A stretch of 64,000 nucleotides of DNA from Octopus bimaculoides (Eukaryota). Below, in pieces: positions 1-13,112 of the stretch. The DNA is taken from contig NC_068981.1 in assembly GCF_001194135.2 (NCBI RefSeq), positions 14,861,136 through 14,925,135 on the forward strand. Direction: 5' to 3'. The notes beneath the pieces were generated by a model that worked only from the letters and a program-made list of their open reading frames with translations, did no database searches and was not told where the DNA came from. Within the stretch, counting starts at the first letter, position 1; each line of letters begins with the position of its first letter. Position numbers and translations under genes: made by a program.

Positions 1-1311
1 ATATATGCATGTTTCCAATGCTTCCAACTATGTATATATAACGTGTACTTTATTACTATTTGAAGTTATAGCCATTTCGTGGCTCTTATTTTTTTTCGTT
101 TCTTGATTTGTTTTGGAAGTCATATCATTTTGATTTAGCTTTATTCGCAGAGATTGTTCATCCTTCACTGTGAGTATTATTCTCAATATTAAAATCTTAC
201 ATATCGTTTAAAATCACCAGAATTAACCGGGGGGCATCTGACATGAGTATTGTGTCAACATGGCAGAAGATGTTTATACATTTCTGCCATTGACAATAGC
301 CATTGCCTTCTTCGTCAATCTACATGACGTATGAAAGAAATTTATTGAATGTATTGTTGTATCGTCTCAATGTATGCATCTCTTTCAACTGCCACTTATC
401 ATGTAGAGTTTCAAGATATAAACAGCTCAAACCGCTCATGCACTTGCGCTCAAATTGACTATAAGAATGTTACTGTAAATGCATGGATCAAGACTACCCT
501 ACCTCAGAATTTATATCTCAGTATGCATAACATAAACTTTTACAAGCATTCATCGTTAAATCGTTTTGGTTCATATTTTATATTATAACTTGGAGATCAT
601 CTTTATTAACAAAAACTTTGTTTAGCTCCACAGACATATATTTGTCTATTTGTATGTGTGCCTGGCTTATGTGTTCGTGTGTGTATATTTGTATGTGTGT
701 GCGTTAACTTATATGAATCTATCGGTCAATAATGTAGGATAAATTGGATTGCCCAACCCCATTTATGTATTTGCACACTACAATACTCTCTATCTATCTC
801 TTCATAACAGGTACAAGGTCTTGAGAATGTTTTACAAATAGTAGTTCTGTATTATTACTATGCATCTAATTAACTTATTTCTCAACATTTTTATTCCACA
901 CAGAAGACAGTTGCAACAGCACATTGAATACGGTTTGCTAAACACTGCTCGTCACAGCTGACTAGCTTGCATAATGCTGTAGGAAGATGAAGACAAATTG
1001 GAAGTTTACTATGCGAGAAGGTTTTTGATAAACTACGGAAGAAAGCTACAGAACCTTATGAAATGTTCGCGATTACTTATGCATTGATTTGTATGAGCCG
1101 AGTATCTATTTGTTGTTGCCACAATAGATCAGGCAAATCAACTCTACCGGAAGCTCTTGATGTTCTCAATTTTCGGCAGCCAGCGCATCATTCATATTTA
1201 CTGGCTCCCTGTGGCCAGACGGTTAACAAATTTTCATTTGTAGAGATATTGAACGTGTTCAGGATGAGATTTCGTCGCAAAACGTGTGTATGTGTTTGTG
1301 TGCGTGTGTGC

Positions 1312-1312
<1 letters not shown>

Positions 1313-1395
<83 letters not shown>
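1313..1395. repeat. (TC)n microsatellite (one of many CT/CA/TA tracts in the window)
   Basis: Pure TC dinucleotide run; source of the SLSLSL ORFs in the track. Confidence 0.98.
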
Positions 1396-1399
<4 letters not shown>

Positions 1400-2920
1400 A
1401 TCACACTTATCTCATCAAGCCCTCATAAATTCCATTTTTTTTATATACACAGACTCTTTCTCCATCATGAGCATGAGTGTGTATGTGTGTGTAACAGAGA
1501 GGTGGGGGACAAGAAATAAACTTCTGTCTTTGTATGTGTGTGTTTATATTACACTTCCATAAAGATCATACTCACACATACTAATACACATCCATGAAAA
1601 CACAATTTCTAAAATATTATGTTGAAAATCTAGATGGAAATGAGTGAACATGCTACATTAAGATATGTAATATATTTTCTCCATTTTGTATTGTACAAAT
1701 ATGATTTCCTGTCAAACCCGACGTGTAGTTTCAGTTTTAAAATAAACATTTGCCATCATCTTGTTTATATCATTTTCAGAAGCATATCTGACAGTTTCTA
1801 TCACAAATGTTGAAATAGCAACACAAATTGCATTCTACTATCTACGATTTTTTTTTCTCATCTCCTTCAACATTTGCATTATTTATTCGAAGAAATAACC
1901 AATTATCTCATGACACATCAATACCTCATTAAATTTTACTTCGTTATTGTTATTCTTGCAGTATCTTTCTCCTTAATTGATTCCAACAATAATTCTCGAA
2001 AATGCGGCTTTTTTGTAGTCTTCTATTATGTCTTATTTTCTTTTCCTTTTTCTTCTCTGTAAGCTTGAATGATACGTAATTATAACGTATTTTTCCGCTC
2101 AAGACATATACATAGCAAACGAAACCGTTTAGCTTGGCATAATGTAGGCGCCTTACACTGAAAACAGATATATAATTATAAGAACACAATGATGAAAAAT
2201 GACTTGATACTGTACTTCATAATAAGTATGTTAGAGAAAATATTTTCTTCGATGTATTATGGACAAAACTACATAAAAATAACTTTTTCAAACTGCGGAA
2301 ATATGTCCAGAATATGAAAAGATATATTTATGCAAATGATTGTAGTAGTAACATGGGTGTATATACACATTGCTATATAATATGTGAAATATTTTTCTAC
2401 AGAATGTATTTAACTGCTCCGTGAATTTAGTAGTTTATTTTTTGAGAAATGGTGTAAATGAAACAAAAATGGAGTCGTGTCTTATGCATGGCTAATGGAT
2501 GTGGTACAAATAAAAGTCAAATTACTCCAACTCCTGTCTTGTAATATTCTTTGAAGAATGATCACGTTAGACTATGCAGTATTAGATATATAATAATATA
2601 TGTTGTTGAAGGTGCTGGAGTACATTTGATCATAGATTTGTATGAAGTCAAGTAAAGTGGAAGAAATAAAATCAAAATTTCAAGCATTTAAATGCTGTTT
2701 AAATCTAACGAACAGATAAACTACATAATAATGAAGACAGGATAATAAAGAAAAGGTTCACATTTAACCACAGGCTTCCTGAATCAATGCTGACTGCAAT
2801 TGAACTACAATAACGTAGAGATTATTTGAAAACATGATGTATTTTTCCTCGACATATTGATAGCTAATTTTCTCAAATTAAAAAAAAAAAAAAACCCATA
2901 TATTCTTTAATTTTTTTTTT

Positions 2921-3130
2921 ATTCTGTTACTTCCTTTAGGCAGTTCACTACGGCCATGCTGGAACACTACCTTTAGTTGAACAAGTCTACATCAGGACAT
3001 ATTTTTTCTAAACTTAGTTCTTATTCTATGGGTCTCTTTTTCTTTTGCTAAGTTACAGGGACGTAAGCACACTAACATCGGTTGTCAATTGATGGTGGAG
3101 GGACAAACACAGGCGGACACACACACACAT

Positions 3131-3209
<79 letters not shown>

Positions 3210-3373
3210 CAACGGGCTTCCTTGATTGTCCATCTACCAAATCCAAACACAAGACTTTGGCCGGCCCAACGCTATAGTAGAAAGCACATCTCTAAAATGC
3301 CACAGACTGAGACTGAACCCGCAACAATGTGGTTAGGAAGCAAGCTTCTTACCACACAGCCACACCTGCGCCT
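2921..3373 (-). mobile_element. Full-length tRNA-derived SINE, main octopus-type family, with internal (CA)n/(TA)n/(TG)n tract
   Basis: Minus strand starts AGGCGCAGGTGTGGCTGTGTGGTAAG (A-box-like), then a GGGTTCAGTC B-box-like motif. The body and 3' block (plus strand GGCCATGCTGGA) are shared with copies at 3455, 11861, 29235, 41996 and 45536. Confidence 0.9.
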
Positions 3374-3454
3374 CACATTTCTCTAATGAATTAATCACTA
3401 GCAGAGATATCTCGTCTTCTTCAGGAATAAACTTGTGTAGTTTTTTTTATATCC

Positions 3455-3738
3455 TTTTACTTGTTTCAGTCATGTGACTGCAGCACAAATAGCCATCTTG
3501 GATCACAAACGTTGGTCGAACGAATAGACGACAGAATTTATCCTTTGTAAACCTAGTACTTATTCTATCAGTGTCTTTTGCCGAACCGCCAGGTTATGGG
3601 AACATAAACACAGCAACATCCGTTGTCAAGCAATGGTGGGGGTACAAACACAAACACACAAATATACACATATATACGACAGCCTTCTTGCAGTTTCCGT
3701 GTAGGAAATCCACTTAGAAGGCTTTGGACGGACTGAGG

Positions 3739-3743
<5 letters not shown>
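3455..3743 (-). mobile_element. 5'-truncated copy of the main SINE family
   Basis: TTTTACTTGTTTCAGTCAT...CCTAGTACTTATTCTATC...TTTTGCCGAACC...GTTGTCAAGC aligns to the 45536 copy. Confidence 0.85.
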
Positions 3744-3775
<32 letters not shown>

Positions 3776-4300
3776 GAAGTATATTTGCCATCTAAAAGTG
3801 GACTACCCATAGGAGACGATGCTACTGTTTTTATTAGCCCCAAGAAGACAACTCCGCCACCTAGCTAACGACACAGTGGTGTGTGTCCGATTAGTATTAG
3901 CGAAGGGAAACCGTTGTTCCTAACTCTAGTCTTACTTAATACACACAGACATGGGTTTCCGGGTAGTAACCTGATATCAGCGTGTGACAATCACAAGCTA
4001 GCGATGAAGACTCATACCAAACGCAAAATACTTTATGTTTTTCCAGTGACAAACTGTCGCTGATCTCGAAAAAGGAGAAACAAGCAATAATAAATTTCTG
4101 ATCGAGACGTAAACAGTAGCAGCACGGAATCATGAATTATATTTGCCACTAAAATGTGGCCGACACATAGGGGACGAGGGTACTGTCGGTCACAGACAGT
4201 GTGTCGTTAACCATCTGGAAGAGATGTCTTCCTGGGGCTATAAACAACTGTAGCATCGTCCCTTATGGGTCTGGCCACATTTAGGTGGCAAATATACTTC
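3776..4300. mobile_element. MITE with ~80-bp terminal inverted repeats, containing a second internal left-end copy at ~4139
   Basis: Left end GAAGTATATTTGCCATCTAAAAGTGG...GATGCTACTG...AGCCCCAAGAAGACA is the reverse complement of the right end TGTCTTCCTGGGGCT...GTAGCATCGTCC...GGTGGCAAATATACTTC. No ORF. Confidence 0.8.
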
Positions 4301-4480
4301 TCTATTCCGTGCTGTTACTCTTTACTCTTTTACTCTTTTACTGTTTACATTTCGCTCAGAAATGTATTATTGCTATATATATATACATATATAATAGTGT
4401 ATAGACAATCTACATATTTATTCCGAAAGGGGTGACCTTTGACAGGACAGCTTACATGCTAGAAAGGACAGTTAAATTTC

Positions 4481-4735
4481 AAACTGCGAATAAGGGCAAT
4501 TTCAAAGGGAATTAGAATAAAAATATTTATGAGGCTGCCCTAAGACACGAGTTTCTCTATCAATGTGCAACATAAATTTGTTGCATAAATATGTATTAAT
4601 TTTAGCGCCCTAACCAAAAAAGTACGGATGTCAATTGAATTTATTTTGCACATTGATACAGGAACTCGTGTCTGAGGGTAGCTACAAAAATATTTTTATT
4701 CTCATTCCCTTTGAAATTGCTCTTATCCGTAGTTT
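4481..4735. mobile_element. Fold-back element/MITE: ~98-bp inverted arms (4481-4578 and 4638-4735)
   Basis: AAACTGCGAATAAGGGCAATTTCAAAGGGAAT...ATCAATGTGCAACATAAATT pairs with AATTTATTTTGCACATTGAT...ATTCCCTTTGAAATTGCTCTTATCCGTAGTTT with only scattered mismatches. Confidence 0.85.
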
Positions 4736-5220
4736 ACATCCTATCTTTGTCGACCCGTGTTTCGCTCCCATTTCGCGGCATCTTAGACAAGCAGTCACTT
4801 GTATCGCCTCGGTTGATTCCTACCTTCTAAATGGTTCCTGCTTCGTGAACGGAAGACAGACAGATGCCCGTTTGGTTAGAAATTATATTCAAAAATAAAA
4901 GTATATACATGGAAGGCTACCCATAAACAAAGTAAAGGAAAAATAAATTCATGATTGAAAGAGTCAGGTGTCCGTCTTAAAAGAAATTACGGCTGAAACA
5001 ATCTTTCAAATAAAAGATCTGTTTTGTTAAGAAGCTATATCAATCACCTTCGATATATCCTAGAAGCAAATCAAAAAGTTAAAAAGACGTAATAAAATCA
5101 CAATGCTACATAACGCAACAAAGAAAAGAGGGTGAAGAAATATACATGAGAAGTGAACAAGAAATTATGGCACCAGTTTATCACTAATTCAATATCATCT
5201 CCCTTTTCTCTTGCTTCTTT

Positions 5221-5261
<41 letters not shown>

Positions 5262-6001
5262 NNNNNNNNNNNNNNNNNNNNNNNNNNNNNNNNNNNNNNN
5301 NNNNNNNNNNNNNNNNNNNNNNNNNNNNNNNNNNNNNNNNNNNNNNNNNNNNNNNNNNNNNNNNNNNNNNNNNNNNNNNNNNNNNNNNNNNNNNNNNNNN
5401 NNNNNNNNNNNNNNNNNNNNNNNNNNNNNNNNNNNNNNNNNNNNNNNNNNNNNNNNNNNNNNNNNNNNNNNNNNTATATATATACATACATACATATTAT
5501 TGATAAACAAATTTGATAACGTAAACGATAACAATATTTAGTATTAATATATCGCCGCCGAACTATAGATGGAAGTCGGATATGAAGCACATATAAAGGA
5601 AGACATATTGTATATTTAAAAAGCATAATCTAATTTCACACAACTATCTTCACTGAGACTGATTAATCCATCATCGCACGTTATAAGTACATTTAGATAA
5701 AACATATTAGCTCCATCCCACCAAGAATCGAACTAAGCTCACACAGTGTACAGCGGCATGGGTTTCAATCTCTTTTGTCTTTGCAGTGCAGATTGAAGCT
5801 CTCGCAAGTTCTCGCGTGTCGGAGGGAAGCAATTATTCTTAAAAAAATCTCTATATAATGCATATTCATGAAGGTCTCAATATATTACAATTTTACTAAT
5901 AGACAACCAAGAACTGAATATGACGTGTTTGAACAGTTTCAGTTGATCGTACTGACACACACACTTGCACATCCACATCCACACACACACACACACACAC
6001 A

Positions 6002-6055
<54 letters not shown>

Positions 6056-6514
6056 TTTATACACGCACACATATATGTATTATACATTTACTACTACTAT
6101 TAAAGATGCGATTTTAGAGTAAGAATGACAAATTATATTGAGCAAATACATACAGTTCTTCGTAAAACCAATGCTTACTAGAAAGCTTGCAGTGTCTCAG
6201 TCAGTAAACGATTTTAGCACATCACTAGATCTTTTAAAGATAAACACGTGTGTTTATTTGAAAAACGATTTTGCTTTTAAGTGATTTGTTTTATGGGAAA
6301 TTGCGTTATAAACTATTCGAAGAGGGCGCCAACTAGGCAAGTATGATATTTTACAAAAAATTATAAAGTTTAAAATATTTGTGATGATATATCATGACCC
6401 ATGAGACGGATTTAAATATTACAGAATCGCAAACACTTGGCATATCTACTCTATGGATTAATACAAATCATTATTCTAGTTGGTCAAGATTTCTGGCAGT
6501 GCATCTAATTTGAT

Positions 6515-7200
6515 ATTCAGTTGTCGTTATGTATCGTAACCCTACAGATTATTGATGAGACACCAACGAACGTATCCCCGATTAAGTGCGAGTTCTTTGC
6601 TGTTTAGCGTTTCCCGTCCGACCAGTTACTGATATTGTCCATCCATTGCGTTCCTTGCTTCTTTCTTGATCTACTTCCCCCTACTCTTCCTTCTACGATC
6701 ATGTTTTTCAAACCTTTCTTACTTCGACAATAAACATAATTGTTGAGATCCTCTATTTTTTAGATTATTCAAGAGCTGTCGTCTTCCACCTACTTATTGT
6801 ATATAAATTCCTTTCTTCTATGATCTTGATAAATGACACAGAAGATTCTGCTATACTCCCACAAAATGACTACTGGCCAAATGACTACTGGCTCGCACTT
6901 GTCTTGTTTTTAACTTGGAAGATTTTTGCTGCTCCAGACGATATTCTTTTCTACTCCACGCACAAGTCCCGAAATTGTGTGGGGAGGGACCAATTGATTC
7001 GATCGACCCCAGTACGTAACTGGTACTTAAGTTATTGACCTCGAAAGGATGAAAGGCAAAGTCAACCTCGGCCTGCTCCAGACGATATTAAGCTTTTCTG
7101 TTGTCTACAACTCAGAATTACAGCCACCTATACTTAAAGTCGCATCAGAATCTACGAAACTATTTATGCCTTTCAAGAACTAAAACATTAACATTATTTT
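6515..7200 (-). mobile_element. Decayed RTE-clade LINE, 3' end of ORF2 (interrupted by a SINE at 6946-7072)
   Basis: Minus-strand peptides EKLNIVWSSKNL...VIWPVVIL and KNMIVEGRVGGSRSRKKQGTQWMDNISNW resemble the RTE C-terminus (KLxxIWKSKNLS...WPVLLYG; LILEGKIEGKRxRGRPRTRWMDNI). Stops and frameshifts present. Confidence 0.75.
6946..7072 (-). mobile_element. 5'-truncated SINE with 17-bp target-site duplication
   Basis: CTGCTCCAGACGATATT at 6929-6945 and 7073-7089 flanks the insert. Its minus strand reads GTTGACTTTGCCTTTCATCCTTTCGAGGTCAATAAC, a conserved central SINE domain. Confidence 0.85.
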
Positions 7201-10088
7201 ACCAACCACTAAATGTAAAAACTTCTATAACAAATGTTCACCTAAAGCAACATAATAATGTGTTATTTGATTTAATTTATCGTCAGAGCATTTCGAGCGA
7301 GCCCAGCAGTGTTTTCGGATTACAGATTTAATATGGTCTATACAAAATTCGTTTGGAAGGCGCCCTGATATTGTTACGTATCATTAGTTCTAAATTTACT
7401 GATAAACGCCATATTCCATTGGAACTTTTTTGTTTATCAATTAAATTCGAAGGTCTAATTGTGAGCATGGTACTGCATAACCACTAGCAATGCATGCTCG
7501 TCTGGCTCTCATCAGTAAGTATCACAGTACATGCTTAAAAAACAAATACAAAACTTTTGATGTTAAACATCTTTCTGTTGTTTCCTACTTATGTAAATAT
7601 ATCAATCACGAAATACAAAGTCATATGTTGAAAAATACACTCGGTGTCTTACCACGAGCTTAGATATTGTATCTTCTCCAATAATCCAACTAACATATGC
7701 ACATTCCCGTTGTAAATATATCACAAAAATATTAAGAACGAACCTTTCCAAGATTATTACATATTGCCTTCTTTGTAAGGGTGACAAGGTTTCCTTCACA
7801 CTGGTAATCAACTCTATACGGTCCTAATATTTTTCTCTTTATTCACTCTGCAATTGTCGACCAGCATATATAATATGCTGTGACTCGATTGTAGGGAATA
7901 TCCTATAGACATTCCAAAAATGAATTTTTAATGATTTTATATTTATGGCTATCGGGAAAATGTTTGTCTATCAAAGCTGGGAAGATTTCAATGAAACAAT
8001 ACATAAAACTTTCGAAGGTCTCATTTTTACAGCTGGTTTTTGTTTCTTCAAACAGTCTTTAAAAACTTTTGACTAGATAGCAGTAATTGTTCTATACTAC
8101 TACAGTGGTGGTATTATAATTTTTCTCCACTTCCTTTTCCTTTTTTATCCTACTACTCCTTTTGGCCTAAATGTTGTAGGTGTCTTTTCACGCTTATTTA
8201 AATCAAACATTAATCTTATTCTTACATGTATAACTCGTTCCATTTAAGAACAATATCATTCTTTACTTTCTCAAATCCTCATAGTCCCTTATAAAACGTC
8301 TTCATAAGTTTCCAATCTTTCCAATCCATAAGTTTCCAATGCTTGTAAAAGGTTTGGCATCAGTAGCCAATGCGGTTAATCTCTTTGATCTAAAATATGT
8401 TTTCTGAATATCACTGAAATGATATTTATTAATGTTTTTTCAGCGTCTACTGAGGTAAGTCTGAGTTTAAATACAACAGAAAGCTTTGACATACCGTAAT
8501 TCATTACCGCTTCCACATGTTTTTCCCTTTATTCTTGCGTCTTATCCTTACATGTTATTTTAGGATGTTTTGGCCACTTAATTCTACTACTACTAAATTT
8601 AGCTCTTGTCACTTTCACTTAGGGGGAACGGCTTGAGAAAATTATGCTCGTGTATATCATTGGATCTACATCGAGTTGAAATCAGTTTAATATGAATTTG
8701 ATTAGCTGTGCTGAATCATCGTATCTAAGGATCCTAAAATGCTTGCGTATCAGAAACACGTGTCAGCCTCTTATATGTTGAAAACTATAATTAAAGATGT
8801 ATAACTTTACATTCTTCATCACGTTTTATACACATATACATGCATGCATATATGCTTACATACTTGCATACGCATATACAAACACACATACATGTGTGAA
8901 TATATGTGTATAGGTATATATGTGTGTGTGCATTTCTAGATGAGTGTATGAATAAACACATGTGCACACTAGCCCACATACATAAATACACACACACACA
9001 TATAGAGAAACACTTTTCCATACTCCAACACGTTGTTAATACATGTTTTCTTTATAATACATCCACTAACATGTTTTGATAATTGAAGTAGTTCAAGTAT
9101 CAAATTTCTTCAACAAAGAAAATTTATTAATTGATTATGTTTCCAAATTAAATATCGTCAGTAAAACTTGCAGTGAAGCATCACTCAATATATTTAAGTA
9201 GGAAGTAGAATTGATTTAGTTATCGCCTTTGTTTTGTGGATTCATTCATTGGATTAGTATGAAGTTGGTATTGAGTAAAATAATTAAAAGATAAAACATT
9301 AATGTTCTGAATATAAGGATATGTATATTTTAATCCTTCGAACAACAAATTTTATAAGGACGAAACCGCATTGTTGTAACGTATAAATAGTGTTCACCTT
9401 AATTAATTAAATCAATAATGTGGCATTTATTTATGTTTCACTTTATTTAATACAATACCAACAATACTAACATTTTCTACTGCTATAATACCCATATTTA
9501 TTTTGTAAGAATATTACTTTCAAATACACCAATATTAAACGATCCGCCCGCAAACCCTTCATCGCACAGATTGCTGCTTTAATTAACACATCCTGCACTT
9601 ATATGAGAAATCTCGCCTGCATATATCTATCCTTATATTTCTTTCTTGAAACAGATACACGCATTTTCATTCCAAAGCATTTTCTAGAGAAAAATCTATT
9701 CAGAAACAGCTGCATTGATGCCCAATGAATATATTGGATACACACTGATCTTTCTAAGATATGCTATCTCCTTGCAATATGCTTTATTACAGTATGTGAA
9801 ATGTATGCTGCATGTTTTACCAATTTGAGATCGATTTCATAAATTGAGACTTAATTAATGAAATTCTCATTGTTTTTTTAACAATATGTGCGCTGTGTAC
9901 ATACGCACACATTTTAAAACATGTATACGCAACATTTCCCATGCTAACTATTTTATACATTGAAAAGAATTCTTAATTACATTCAACAGTGGATATCTAA
10001 AAAAAAATTCTCACAGTATTATTAATTATACTTCACTGCGTTTGTAATCTTTCTTTATTGTGATGCTAGAAACTATTTTATAAATCAT

Positions 10089-10229
<141 letters not shown>

Positions 10230-11773
10230 CATCGGTAAGATACGCTTTGTATAAATGAGCTGGTCGAGTTTCAGAACTTGTTTCCTTTCAAAATAAAAAT
10301 CAATTTTGTTTATCTCATGTCGCTAATACCATTAAGAACAACAACAAAAAGAAAACAAAAAGAACGTTGAACTGTGCGCATTATAAACCTGTAGCAGTGT
10401 GACTAAGAGAGAAATCAATATATGCATATTAAATCTAACATAATCTAAGATGTCAGCATATATATATATATATATATTGAAAGTCTAATAAAACCATTTC
10501 ATGTTAATGTATCTACTATAAAGTTGCACATTTCATATGCATCCCTCTACAACGTAGCTGATTTAAATGCATACCTTAAATTTGTATCGCTTTTACCAGA
10601 AATATATGGCATTAAATTGTGGTGAATATTGAATAGGTAAAAGAATAAGTGAATGGACTTCGTTAGGATGATTAAGCATGTGATTATTTTCAGAAAGTTC
10701 GCTGTTTTCACGCAATGTCCATTATCTAATGAATTGAAAATGTCAGTAATACCCTGCAGCAAAGAAATATGGCTTCCAGATAACGAATAGCTCTAAAATC
10801 AGGTTTAAATATTTTTCATATACATTTAAAAACGTTACTACGTTCCTCTCAACTGGGCGTTGAAATTAATGCTATGGTATACATTACTATACACTGTTAT
10901 AGTTGTTACAAAATAAAATTCCAGTCACTCCATGATTAACTATGTTGAATTTGCATTCATTTAGCTACTACCTTCACATCACATAAATCATTGCCTGATA
11001 ATGACGTCGGTATTATCAAAATGCTTTTTGAAGTCAATTTTTAACTCATAACGTTCCACATACGTAGACAAGTAATCGATGTTAAAGACATCACTTACGT
11101 TTTCACACACAAAACAATCGAGTTTGGTATTCATGACTCAAATATGTGAAAGTAATATTTAGACGACATACAAAGGTTAGAGATTATTATCTTTTATTTA
11201 TTTATTTTGGAAAGTTATTATAGAATTATTACATAACTTACACATCACATAAGACAGACGCTGATATATTGCTTCATTTTTCTCCTTAATAGTTTTACAG
11301 TCGAGTCAGTCATCGATCTTTAGTGAGAGAATGCATAAGGAAAACATATTTAATCCAAGCGAAAGATGACAATAGTCAACTACGACATTTACTTCAGTTA
11401 CTGTGTGTTTGCTCACACAATGCTTTGATGCCATTGAAGAATTAAAAAAAAAACAGCTTTATGTAATTAAAAAGTATGTGGAATTAAAAAGGTTATGTCA
11501 TGATTAACTTATATAATACATGAAGCAATTCCATATATGATTGGCTTTGTAACTTCATTCCCTAAATATGAAAGTGAGTTAGACCTCATCAGTTCCAACC
11601 GAATAGTGAATGAGTAATTATTCTATTCAGAGAGGCCAAATATAGTTAAATATCAGAATCGTTTCTAAATAAGTATTGCAAAAGCATACGGTATAATACG
11701 TGCATATATGTGAATACATGTGTATATGTACATATTTATGAGCATATTTATATCTATCTATCTATACACACAC

Positions 11774-11858
<85 letters not shown>

Positions 11859-11860
11859 GA

Positions 11861-12020
11861 GGCCATGCTGGAGCACCACCTTTAGTCGAGCAAAGCATCC
11901 CCAAGACTCATTATTTGTAAGCTTAGCACGTATTCTATCAATCTTTTCGCTGAACATCTATCTTACTGGGATATAAACGCACCAACGTCGGTTCTCAAGC
12001 GATGTTGGGCGGAAAACACA
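11861..12020 (-). mobile_element. Internal/3' fragment of the main SINE family
   Basis: GGCCATGCTGGAGCACCACCTTTAGTCGAGCAAA...CAAGCGATGTTGGG matches the 45536 copy. Confidence 0.85.
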
Positions 12021-12235
12021 CACACACTAACACACATGAATATAGACACACACACACACAAAGACATATACGCATACACACAAACACACATTCGCCTGTA
12101 TATATATACATGTGTGTGTGTGTCTATGTGTGTATGTGTGTGTGTGTGTGCGTGTGTGTGTGTGTGTGTGCCTGTATTCATGTGTGAAAGTGTGTGAGAG
12201 AGTATCTATTAGTATATATAAAATAATATATATGA

Positions 12236-12497
12236 ATTACGGAGATGTACTTGCATAGCAATTGACCTAATCTGAGATCGTGTGCTGGAACGAAAACAAT
12301 TGCAGCGTGGAAGGTGTCTATAGGTCATTTAAAATAACACACAAAAACCGTTAGATTCACTTCAACATTTAAATCTAATGTGTCAAAATATTTTCGTCGC
12401 TTTGAGCATGCGACTTGTTCACTGACAAAATTCACCTGTTCACTGAGATACAGCACAGAATTTTGTCAGTGAACAGGTCGCGACCGCAAAGCGAAGA
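12236..12497. mobile_element. Palindromic MITE family copy (right arm truncated); second copy at 58754
   Basis: AATTACGGAGATGTACTTGCATAGC...ATTGCAGCGTGGAAG...TTCACTTCAACATTTAAAT is shared with 58754. Central hairpin TGTTCACTGACAAAATT/AATTTTGTCAGTGAACA. Confidence 0.85.
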
Positions 12498-12509
12498 AAC
12501 AGCCCTCAC

Positions 12510-12900
12510 CGTTTGTTTTTACTGTCTTGTTCTACTGTCTTGTTTTTACTGTTTATATTGTTGTTATTGTCGTGTTCTCACAGTCCTGTTCTTGTTAACA
12601 CTTTCACCCTCAGAAAGATATTCCAAATTTTATTTAATTTGCTTTACGAGAAGAACGGTTCGAACGAAGTAGCGTATTGTCCTTGCCTTCGAACGCGGAG
12701 TAGATGGAAGAGGGACAACCGACGAAAGGATATACTCTTTATGTTGCGTGTCTCATTTCTCTGTTTATTTCGTTGTTCAAAAAAAGTTCGTTTTCTGTTT
12801 TCGTTTCTCATTGGGCTTAACGTTGTTTGTGATATCCGTGCCCATATATGCATGTATGTATACATAACAAATGTAGGTATGCACATATATGTATGGATAT
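12510..12900 (+). mobile_element. Non-coding repeat related to the 39.8-40.5 kb element (probable Penelope-like pseudo-LTR tail)
   Basis: GGAGTAGATGGAAGAGGGACAACCGACGAAAGG...TTTATGTT...TTGTGATATCCGTGCCCATATATGCATG parallels the minus strand of 39851-40020. The Penelope link is inferred. Confidence 0.5.
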
Positions 12901-12977
12901 ATGCATATATCTCTATTTTATTTATATTATTATACGATCGAATGCCACGCATCCTTTTCGAAGTAAGTTTTATCCTA

Positions 12978-13098
<121 letters not shown>

Positions 13099-13112
13099 TA
13101 TAGATAAGACAA

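Noticed and set aside
2028-5850. Two-exon signal-peptide micro-protein MSYFLFLFLL/LQIEALASSRVSEGSNYS
   Set aside because: The first part is a pyrimidine tract, which automatically encodes Phe/Leu; the pairing is arbitrary without transcript data.
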